A stretch of DNA of 63,098 nucleotides, filler included, from Octopus bimaculoides (taxonomy: Eukaryota): the NCBI RefSeq assembly GCF_001194135.2. It is 3 parts of 3 records of this genome, joined end to end, with 100 filler letters (N's around TTAATTAATTAA, not from the genome) between each part and the next. Parts side by side here need not be neighbours in the genome. Positions count along the whole stretch, not along the records: positions 31,237 to 60,846 come from NC_068981.1; 2 more parts are not named here. The stretch is one strand, 5' to 3'. Every line of letters begins with the position of its first letter. The first letter of the stretch is position 1. Position numbers and translations under genes: made by a program. Positions 40,467 to 51,564 of this stretch are shown here, one piece after another. The notes beneath the pieces were generated by a model. The model was not told where the DNA came from and made no database searches. It worked only from the letters and a program-made list of their open reading frames with translations.

Positions 40467-42033
40467 GTATGTAGGTAGGTGGGTAGGTAGGTAGGTTGGT
40501 AGGTAGGTAGAATTTTGTGATAAATAACTTTTTCAGGATGACGAAACACTACTCAGCTACAAAGGATAATCAAATTGTATTAATAAATTTAATCAAATAT
40601 TTGCCTTACATCTGTGGTTCCTTTGTAAATTAAACACAAAATTCAAATGTACTTATGTGCTTGTTGTTACTTGAATCTCTTCCAGTTTTATAGGTTATAA
40701 ACTTTGACACAAATGATTTTGTGAGGTGAAGAATATTCAATTTGGCTTTGTTCAATTGTACTGCCAATAATTTTTTCAAGAATGTTTGAATTGGAAACAG
40801 GGTAACAAATACTTCATCTCATAACTATATTTCGCGTCATTGTTTAACCCTAAGTGAGCTAAACCATCGTATACTTCTTCATTTATTTCGGGCAAATATC
40901 AGACTATAATACTGTATTTTTCATTGTTTTTAGACAACATGCAATATAATGGAGATTTTAATTCAAATTTCTTTGTTGGTTAATATCATAAGCGTTTTTT
41001 ATAGAACACATGAGAGATTTGACTATATCCCTTTCAGTTGAACTTTCGTAACTCATGTTTCGTTTTTCTATAATTTGATTTTTTTCAATCAGTTGTTTGT
41101 CCAGTACTATCGAATCTAGAAATCTTTCAAAGAATTTAACCACCGCATATAATCTCAAGGCACTAAGAATTTAATCAACTCCAAATCATAGTCTATATTA
41201 ATGATGACGCATAAAAAAAACTCCAGCGAAATAATATAGAAGAGATGATCCAGGTAAATTGCTTTTGGTAACTCACTTTATATATGTGATATTTATGTTT
41301 ATTTATTTACTTTATTTACAGAAGGTTTGATTTTGTTTCAAGTCTTTGAGATGCTTGAAGTATCGATTACCTTTGCTGATTTACTCAAGGGCTTTATAGA
41401 TGTTTAAAATATACAATTTATGTCCGTAATATTGTTTGATAAATATTCAATACCAGCTGCTTCAGGGAATCCATTTCAGTAAATATACTGATTGTTAATT
41501 AATAGAAAATGTTATTTTTTTAATGTTCAATACTACACGTTACTGGGTAGTAGATTAGTGAAAACTTTGAATCAAATACATTATGGTGTCTCTTTTCGTT
41601 CTGAGTTCAATTTCCAATGATGTCTACTTTCCTTATCGGGTTCCCGAGTTTGATTAAATAGTTTCTAGTCGTGTATTGAAGGCAATATATTCGAATATAC
41701 CCGACTGAGTATGTACGGTGTACTGAAATGATAAATCATGTTTACATGTTCCAGGAGATTTAAATCAACAGATTATAAACTCATAATTCCTTAGTTTATT
41801 TGGACTTCTGGATTAATCACACCTTTAATTCTTGATATAACAGAGTGGATTTTTGAGTTGTTTAAAATATCATTTCGGTGTCTTAGCTGATAATAGGCAA
41901 ATATCATAATTTAAATATGAGTCGGCATATTGCTAGTTCCGCCGCTACAATACAGCTCTATGTCGTTTTTTTTTAACGAAAAATCTGTGGGATATATATA
42001 TGTTTGATAATGAAAGGGCAACTTCCTGAAAGA

Positions 42034-42981
42034 CATGTCAGATCTTTTCCTTTTCGTGGGAAGCTTGATTAATTACTTTTGTTTAACTAAACACTTTCAA
42101 ACTTCGGATACTGGTAGAATGTGTCATATAGAACATCTTTACTCTTAGCGTTGTTGAGAAAAGTTCGTATTTTCGAAGTCATTTCATGTTAAAGTTGTCG
42201 TATTTCGGTAATTTCAACCAATCAATGACGTCTATTGAGCTGAATAAAGTTACTGCTGTTGTTTGTCAACAACAACTTCCGGCGGTGTATATTTTGTTTG
42301 TCATTGTTATTTATGACATATTTCATCTCAGTTACGTTTGTATGAATAAATGAGTGTATCTGAAGCACGTTTACCTCATGACACCACCATAATCGTTCGT
42401 GCATTTCTACTGCTTTTAGCGGGGGGTTTTTTCCTGTTTTTCAAATGCTATTTTCCGAAAGACTTCCCGTTCCCTCATCACCCCATTTTCTCGCAAATAA
42501 TAATTTTTTTTTTTTTTGCCAAAAACCTAGCTTTTCGGATACGGAGATTCCGGAAAATTGCAAAAGATCGGAATTTTTAACCCCCCCCCCTTATCCCTCC
42601 CCCTCCCATTTCTTCATTTTTCACTTTTTTCTGTAACCTTAACCCTAAAACTCTAACCCTAGCCCTAAAACCCTAAAGCTAAAACCAGTACAAACGCACG
42701 AACGATGTCATAGGAGTGACAAACGAAATATACACTGCCGATAGTTCTTGACAAACAACAGCAGTAATTTTATTCAGCTGAATACACGTCATTGATTGGT
42801 TGAAATTACCGAAAGACAACTTTAACACGAAATAACTTCATAAATAGAAACTTTTCTCAACAACGCTAAGAGTAAAAGATGTTTTATATGACACATTCTA
42901 CCAGTATACGAAGTTTCAAAGTGTTTAGTTAAAGAAAATTAATTAATCGAGCTACCCACGAAAAGGAAAATATCCAACATG
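42034..42981. mobile_element. ~950-bp non-autonomous DNA transposon with ~300-bp terminal inverted repeats
   Basis: 42034-42420 is the reverse complement of 42678-42981 (left arm has an extra ~73 bp). Example: cttttccttttcgtgggaagcttgattaatt vs aattaattaatcgagctacccacgaaaaggaaaa. Confidence 0.85.
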
Positions 42982-45900
42982 CCATACTATTTAATATACT
43001 CTAAAACTGAGTGTCAAATATGTTATCAATTTTCTTTTTTTTTTTTTTTTTCTGGCTTCTAAGTTGCAGTCGTGAAAGACAATAATATCATTGTTTAGAA
43101 GGAGGGGATTTTCTCTTTATGAAGATAAGCAAGTTCAGGTTTTGTACTTTAGGCATCATCCCATTATTTCTCGACCTAAATATTACTATGTCCCCCAGCA
43201 AGTTTTCGATAACAGCTTCTGACTTGTTCTCACTTGTTTACATTCAGATTCACAGCTGTGATTTTTTTTTTTTTCTTTTTCTAAATGTATTGCTTCATTT
43301 CTTCTTGACATGCGCTGTCGTTTACAATCTCTGTCTATTTAGCGCTGAGGTTTATTTGACAGTTATTGTTTTTAATCGTCACAATTAATCCTTAAAAACA
43401 CTCTATTATAGATAGTGGAATTATTTAGGTAGATACTATTGTACTCTGAGAGTACAGAGGAAATTAATGAGTTTTGGTACGGCGAAAATGCTGCTTCACC
43501 TCTCACATATTTTCCCATGGTAGTGACAGAAATGCTCTCATCTTTATCGCGTGACGGAAATAAAAGTGGGATTTCAAATTAAATTTTTTCTTCGTCTCTC
43601 GAGTGATAGGATGTGAATCATTTCTAAAAAAGAAATTGATTCCACTCGCATCTATATAATACATTAAAACAAGTATGTTATTATTATACATTACCTGAAT
43701 AATGAACCTTTTTCTGAAAATTTATATATTCATTCAATCTAAGGCCTAATATGTGTATATAAGAAAAAGCTTTACTGACGAAGTATTGGTAAGACTAAAT
43801 TCGGAGTGATCACTGTATTTACCAATTAAAACTCATATCACACAACATGCACTCACTTGATTTTTAATCAATTTAGATTTACGAGTTGTCTTTCATTCTT
43901 TTCTTGACAATCTTCATTAACGCTCATTAACTTTCTTTCTGTCGCAGGTGTAAATTTTACTAATTGATATTTTTCACTACATTGAGTATGTTAGCCTTCA
44001 CTTAACTATATGGTAGCTATCGGCCTTATCATGCTAGGCACAGTGTCAGTAACACAAGACATATTGGCGATGCAATCTGAAGATGATAAGAGAAATGCCT
44101 TAAAATTTATCGCCTCCTTTTATAGATAGTTTAACGCCAATCAGGAGACGTCGATATATTTTTATACCATGATTGAAATCGTGATAGAGTCAAAAGAAGA
44201 TAGCTATCGTTGGAAGAGTTTAAACATGTCTATTTTTCTAAAGTCTACTGTTGTCACGTATCCTAAACAGATTGGGTGCAGTACTAGGGTTAACTAGCAG
44301 GATTTACTACTGCTAATGGAACTGTCAAAACAAACTTCATTTGAAATCGTCATCCAACTAAGTTACATTTTCAATTTGTTTTTCTAAATTAGTTTCTTCT
44401 AGTGTGTGTGTTTAATTGATTTGTTTTTGAATGGATTTTATATGTGCGTGAAGAGTGTGAGTGTTATGTGTGTGTTTGAATAAACTTTGAGAGGCGAAAA
44501 ATTACTGTCACTCCCTACATATCACAAATTTGATTCAACAACCAGTAAATGTTATTTCTCATCACTCTATACCTTAGTGTGCGTGCGCGTGATGATAAAT
44601 GTCAACTAGAAACAATAAAAATACTAGAAATAACTTTCAGAAATGCTGTTTTTCAGTAGACGATATAATCAACTGAATCCCCAACCCCCACCTCCAAAAA
44701 TAAAATTTCAGGTTTTGTACTTATTTTTAAATGTGTGGTCTGCAATACTTTTCAATATGCAGGAGACGTTCGATTTTGTTGGACTGCACGTCTTAGAAAT
44801 CTTGTTGTCCGGAAACTAATGGTCTGGGATTCTCAAAGAAATGTTAAACTCTTTTCTTTATTAACCATATAGCTTTAAATTGAGAGAGGACGAAAACAAG
44901 AGTAGACAAACAGATAAGAGGGTCGGGGATAGAATGGAGTTGATAGAACGAAGGATGAACATTTAAAAATTACAAAATCGAATATTGGCAAAGAAAAAGA
45001 ATCGGATGCTTAAAATGAAGCGGAGGACGTGGGTAACCCCACTGAAGACTTTATATTTTTCCTTTCCTATACTCGCTTAAACAGGTTCTTTCACTCTCAA
45101 CACACTTGCCGCAGACTTCCATCTTTTCCGAAACACACCGTGCGACAGGCATTTCTTCTCCAGCCTTATTTTTCTTTTCATATGGAAAAGGAAAACGTCA
45201 ACGAACCCAAGGCTGGAGATAAAAATGCGTCACAATCCCTTTCACTCCCGTCTTCCACACTACTTCTTTCGCGATAGCTACTACCGAGAGAAAACAGGCC
45301 TGCTCCTCCCTGTTAAGGAAGAAAGGAATATTAAACTGAACCATGAACATTGCAATGTGAAACTCCACATTAATAACCTAAATGAATTGCATCAAACGTA
45401 AGCGTAGATTTAAGCTTCTATTTCCCTTTTAGACTCACAAATGGTAAGTGTTACTTTTTTTTTTACTTTATCTGCAAAACTAACGCCACTACAAATAGTA
45501 GATGTAGTCTTTTCTAAATCTAGTGTGACAGCAATTCTTTGATGTACGTTCGAGATGGTATGATGAACGATATCCTTTCTAGCCTGCGCACAAACTCTAT
45601 ACTTCCTGAACCTATCTTACAAACAACTTTCGGGCTGCATCCACCATATTTATGGATGAAATCTATTTGATCGAATGAAACCTTTCGAGATAGTGCTATA
45701 GCATGGCTGCAATTCAATAGTTAAAACAAGTAACAGAGTAAAAGGCTTTATACACGTATGTTTTAACACACGCATACACACACACATCTTATATATATGA
45801 TTTTGTTGTGAGGGCTCTTAAAAATCAGAGTGCATCAACCTATAGGAATTGAGAAATGGCTAAGTACGATAAGAAAGCGTTCACAGTAAAATAAACAACA

Positions 45901-46024
45901 TTTAGGAATTCAAAAGTTTAAGATACTGTATATACGCAAGCATCAAATCCAATTCAAAATCTACAGATCCAACTCAAGAGTAGGTGTATATATATATATA
46001 CATTCACACGAACATATACACATA

Positions 46025-46196
46025 TTTTTCTACTATAGTCACGAGGCCTGAAACTCAACTAGTATTTATTTTATCGACACCGAAAAGGATACTAGGCAAA
46101 GTCGATCACGGTGGAATTTGAACTCAGAACGTAAAACCGGACGAAATGCTGCTAAGCATTTTGTCCGGCGAGCTAACGGTTTTACCATCTCGCCGC
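46025..46196 (-). mobile_element. SINE family B copy
   Basis: Aligns with other family B copies. Confidence 0.85.
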
Positions 46197-47731
46197 GTTA
46201 TGTATATACATATATTAGAATATATTGAAACAAAGACTGACATTTGTGGTATTATTTTTAATTCTGTAGTTGCAATTGTTTCATTATAACATGGAAAGTA
46301 CGGCTCAAAATTGTAATTTGTTTTATATACGGTATATAAAGAGGGAGAGAGAGATGTATATGTACATAAATGCACATATTTACATACGTATGCATACATA
46401 CATGTGTGTGTGTCTGTGTGTGTTGAGAAGTTTGGAAACTTGCCTCTTTCTCATTTGAACCGAGTTCACTACAGCACTTCAATTCCTGTCAGTAACTATT
46501 CCACTTACAACAATCCGATAATGATCACAAGAAGGGCATCAATATCTGCCTGTTCCTTTTATATTGTTAGTGCTGAGTATAAATTAATTGGTTTCTCTGC
46601 CACGACTAATGCTCTGTCATGCTACCCATATTTTATTATCGGCATTGATGTAATGATACAAGCTGATTACATTGTATGTTACATGGCAGCCAAACACCAT
46701 ATATGGCTCTTGGGTGTCAATTAAGAGAAAGATGCGTAAAGTAAGCGTAAGAAAGGTTGATCGTGGTGTCATCAATCTTTGAGAGAATTGGACAGATTCA
46801 CAAACGGCCAAGTAGTTTGGACAATCATAGAGTGAAGAATTTCATTGGTCTGAAATCAAATGACTGCATCATGGAAGCATAAATGCTGGAAGATATTGTG
46901 TTCAGCCCAACAACCAAATATTTGTCAGATATACAGATTTCAAAATTTTTCTTAATTCAGCATTGTCTTTGATCACACGTATTCCAATGATGTTCATCCT
47001 ATGTTTCTAACGCTATCAAAGATTAATATGACGTAACGTTATATACTTCCCTCCTCTAACATGAGTACGATGTTATTTATGGGAGATGTCTATATCTATC
47101 AGGTCGAGCAGCAGCATAGAGGCTTTCTATGGGCTTAGTTTCCTCGATAATTATTAATGCTGAGCTCATTATATGAAAACGTCGTATCACAAAACATTTT
47201 CTTTTTTTGTTATTCTATATTCCGTACCTTATAATAGTCATCACACCATCTGTTGTAGTTTACGCCTATACCAGTCGAGGTAGTAGAACTCTCATGATTG
47301 CAAGGTACCTAAAATAAGTATGTGCCTATGTGTACTAACATCTAAATTCAAAGCACAAATCTCCCTCCAAACTGAGCTAATTTCTTCTCAGTCACCATCT
47401 AGAATTGATAAAATTCGTTATAATGCTTTCTGCTCTAGGCACGGGGCCTAGAATTTTGAGTAGGAAATAGTCGATTTCACTGACCCAAGTGCATGACCGA
47501 TACTGTATTTTATCGACCTCTAAAGTCTGAAAGGTAATACTGACGGGTCTTTTATTTTATCGAGCTCGAAACATTGAAAGACAAGGATGACCTTGGAAGT
47601 ATTTGAACCCACAGAGAAAGGTTTTATTTAAAATCAGTCTTTTTATTTTATTGCCATTCATACATGTTATAAAAAGTGGTTAAAGAGACAAGTGGGGATA
47701 TTTATAATTTGTATATTATTATAATAATAAA

Positions 47732-47920
47732 GGCGGTGGGCCAGGCAAAATTCTTAGCGGCATCTCGCCTGTCTGAGTTCTGAGTTCAAATTCCATCGAG
47801 GTCGACTTTGCCTTTTATCCTTCGGGATCGATAAAATTAGTGCCAGTTGAACACTGGGGTCGATGTAATCGACTATTCCCCTCCCCTCAAAATTTCACGC
47901 ATGGTTCGTATAATAGAATA
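47732..47920 (+). mobile_element. SINE family B copy
   Basis: Aligns with other family B copies. Confidence 0.85.
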
Positions 47921-48359
47921 TTATAGCATCATCATGCAAGAAAATAGTTAAAAAAAAGAACAGGGAGAAGGGTGTCATACAATAACTAGTAACAATTAAT
48001 TCAATTTATACCCGAACAACTTCTAAAAAGTATTTGAAACTATTTTGTACTTAAGTAACCTATTTAGCAATGGCAGTGGGAATTCTGAAAGCGTAGTCAC
48101 CAAAGTAAAATGGATAAGTTCAGGAAGCAATTACCTCTCTCGGAACAAAGAGTTTCTCTCCCAGAGTGAAAAGCAGCTTGCATGATGCTTTTGGACGAAC
48201 TTTAATTGCCCATGAATGCAGAGAATTTGAGAAAACTAGAGAGCAAGTATGAACCGCCGCATATGTACTGTTAGTGTGTATAACTGCGGAGTAAAAGTAA
48301 GCTAAGAGCAAAACTGAATTTAAGAGATCCCCGATTTAGTGTGAAAGAGAGAAGACTAT

Positions 48360-48898
48360 TCCGATACGAGCATGTGATGTGTGCGGAAGCAGGTATATAA
48401 AGTGTATAAAGGAATCATCCTCACTTTCTCACTTTCTTTTATCGTTGTTTTCCGCTGCTTGCTTTCGGTTAGCTGAAGTGTGTTTCCTCCTTTTCCTCTT
48501 CAAATTTTGTCCGTCTTTCATTACCATCAGCTTCTCGTCACAATACGATTGCACGGTACTGTTCTTGCTTGTTACGGCAGAGAGACAAGATGTCTGGCTG
48601 TTGTTCTTACTGTACCGGGCTTGAAGTCACTCTCTTTAGAAGTGTGACTCGTAATGTTTCAGTGACTGGAATCTGGTACCGTTCCTATTGCTGTGGACAC
48701 ATTTCTTTTATCTTCTCGTCATTGTCCTCGTTGGTTATGATCATGGGACGAGTCCCTCGTCTTTCTGATTAGTTTCTGACACCGAAGACAAGACGATTTC
48801 CGCCTTTTTCGAAGCTACGGCCGACAGTGCTGTTGTATCGGCAGCCGATAGATCCTATCATTGTTGTTGCCCACTTTTGCTCGTCTTAACCCTTCGAG
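48360..48898 (+). promoter_or_regulatory. CpG-rich Pol II promoter/first-exon-like or solo-LTR-like segment
   Basis: TATATAAAG (48394) and TATAAAGG (48405) lie 26-29 bp upstream of Inr-like TCACTT (48421, 48429). About 29 CpG in ~560 bp by hand count. Possible donor GAG|GTAGAA at 48898/48899. Confidence 0.45.
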
Positions 48899-49073
48899 GT
48901 AGAAAATATTTAAGTAGCGCTTCTACCACAATTATAATAGCTAAACCTGCTGCTCTGCACCGAGAGTCTGTGGCTTTATTTTCTGCGCTCGTAAGTAGCA
49001 GAGTAACACCATGAATTTTGCTGTTATGATTTTATTGCATAATTGATTTCGGTCTTATTGTTTACAGAAGTTG

Positions 49074-49116
<43 letters not shown>

Positions 49117-49303
49117 GGCGGTGAGCTGACAGAATCGTTAGCTCGCCGGGTGAAATGCTTAGCGGATTTCGTTTGACCTCAATTTCTGAGTTCGAATTCG
49201 CCGAGGTCGACTTTGCCTTTCACCCTTTTATGCTCGAAAAGGTCGATCTAATCAACTAAGGTCGATCTAATCAACTAACCCCCTCCACAAAATAGAAAGG
49301 ATT
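49117..49303 (+). mobile_element. SINE family B copy (first of a tandem pair)
   Basis: Preceded by (TAT)n. Contains an internal 19-bp duplication aaggtcgatctaatcaact. Confidence 0.9.
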
Positions 49304-49337
49304 ATCATTATTATTGTTGTTGTTGTTGTTATCATGA

Positions 49338-49552
49338 GGCGGCGAGCTGGTAGAATCATTATGTCGCCGGGAGAAATGCTTAGTGGTATTTCGTTTGACT
49401 TCACATTTTGGATTCGAATTCCGCCGAGGTCGACTTTGCCTTTCATCCTTTCGGGGTATTTAAATTAAGTACCAGTGAAATATTGGTTCGATGAAATCGA
49501 CTAGCCCCCTCCCCTCAAAATCTCAGGTTTTGTGCCTATAGTACAAAGGAAT
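49338..49552 (+). mobile_element. SINE family B copy (second of a tandem pair)
   Basis: Full length, separated from the first copy by (TAT/TGT)n. Confidence 0.9.
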
Positions 49553-49849
49553 ATTGTTATTATTAACTCTCATACAATGTAACGCATGAATGATCGCTGT
49601 TTGAACACCCAGCTGTTAAATGACCAAAGTGTTGCATCCCTGCCTCAGTCAGAATGTAATATTTTGTAACCAACGTAGCTTCAACCTGTAAGACCTTATA
49701 AATTCTGTTCAGGCAAGCTGTTACAGATCTGGCTTAGCTTATATCACCGAACTTTAATTAAAATTGTAGTCCTCTCGTCAATTAAATCGCACCAAGATAT
49801 ATGATACTGATTTCGTGCGTATAATGAGTTTCTGTATTTTATATATATA

Positions 49850-49850
49850 T

Positions 49851-49896
<46 letters not shown>

Positions 49897-50223
49897 GCAC
49901 GTATGTTTGTTTTTGCGTATATACATTATATTACTATATATGTCTATATATGTACATCATATGGAAGTTTTTAAGGGTGCTTGTATATGCCTATTCGCAT
50001 GAGTATACATAAATATATATATATGTGTGTGTGTGTATTATGTATGTATGTACATATATATGTATGTATGTATGTATATATATATATGTGTGTGTGTATT
50101 ATGTATGTATGTACATATATATGNNNNNNNNNNGTATGTACATATATATGTATGTATGTATGTATATATATATATGTGTGTGTGTATTATGTATGTATGT
50201 ACATATATATGTATGTATGTATG

Positions 50224-50254
<31 letters not shown>

Positions 50255-50318
50255 ATGTGTGTGTGTGTGTGTATGTGTATATACACATAAAAACACATGC
50301 ATATATAGGAGTGCACGC

Positions 50319-50359
<41 letters not shown>

Positions 50360-50530
50360 TCATATATATCTGCTCACACACACGCACGCACACACAGATG
50401 TGTGTGTGTACGCGTATATTTAGAAATTTATGTATCTATACACATACACGTGTATTTATGTATACGTATGTATCTATATGTACACATATACATTTATGTA
50501 TATGTATATAGTTATGTATATAGATATGTG
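49850..50530. repeat. Compound (TG)/(TA)/(TATG) microsatellite region with a small gap
   Basis: Read directly from the sequence. Confidence 0.9.
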
Positions 50531-51038
50531 TATGTGTTCATCAGTTAATGTGATGATGATACGAGAAAGACACTAAATTTGAGAACACGTTTAGTCATGT
50601 CACGAACAGACACATTACTTCCTTCAAGTTGCGATCACATAGTAGAAGAGAAATGGTAGCCACATCTTCCAATATTTCATACTGTTGTTTTACAAAAGAA
50701 AGGACACATTGAATAATGTACTCTACACACGCACATATATATGTCTTAGATTGACTGCATCTGATTAAAAGGCTGGATGGTCATGGCTATAGATCCTTTG
50801 GTAAGATATCTTAAAACATTATTAATTGAACACGAGTGTGCTAACGACGGAGTTTGTATTACCCATAGATCGTTTTACTACCAGAAATTAGATATCACTT
50901 GAATTTGCTCCCTGTCATCCTGGAAAATGAAGGACTCACGTTGTATAGTGTGGTCCTAGATACCTCAAACCGGAATAAAGGATAGAATACTTTACGCGTG
51001 AATGTTTTTTTTTCTTTTCTTTATAATAGAACTGATCT

Positions 51039-51358
51039 GTGGAGGCGCAATGGCCCAGTGGTTAGGGCAGCGGACTCGAGGTCATAGGATCGCGGTTTCG
51101 ATTCCCAGACCGGGCGTTGTGAGTATTTATTGAGCAAAAACACCTAAAACTCCACGAAGCCCCAGCAGGGGATGGTGGCGAACCCTGCTGTACTCTTTCA
51201 CCACAACTTTCTCTCACTCTTACTTCCTGTTTCTGTTGTGCCTGTAATTCAAACGGTCAGCCTTGTCACACTGTGTCACGCTGAATATCCCCGAGAATTA
51301 CATTAAGGGTACACGTGTCTGTGGAGTGCTCAGCCACTTGCACGTTAATTTCACGAGA
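51039..51358 (+). mobile_element. tRNA-derived SINE, family C
   Basis: Head ggaggcgcaatggcccagtggttagggcagcggactcgaggtc...ggtttcgattccc (A and B boxes) runs into a non-tRNA body. Confidence 0.8.
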
Positions 51359-51564
51359 ACTGATCTACTAGCATTGATCTGGTGCATAATAACAACAATG
51401 AAAACAAGACAAGTCTTACAGTGACGAATGTGTCATAACAGATTTCATTAATATCGCTTGAATTTTTCAATCATGCAAACATAGACAACAGAACAAATTA
51501 TTTAAAGTAAAATATATTATTTATAATCACTTACACAGACATCTAGATAGATAGATAGATAACT

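Noticed and set aside
41254-41321. 68-nt GT-AG intron-like segment and nearby acceptor-like sites (40.7-41.4 kb)
   Set aside because: No joined reading frame gives a credible protein. Such sites are common by chance in AT-rich DNA.
50024-50235. Apparent ~60-bp tandem units around a 10-N gap
   Set aside because: Compound microsatellite flanking a gap; the copy number is likely an assembly overlap artefact.
51039-51110. tRNA-like sequences here and at 24620-24698 and 35302-35375
   Set aside because: A and B boxes are present but there is no complete cloverleaf or acceptor stem, and they continue into repeat bodies. These are SINE heads, not tRNA genes.
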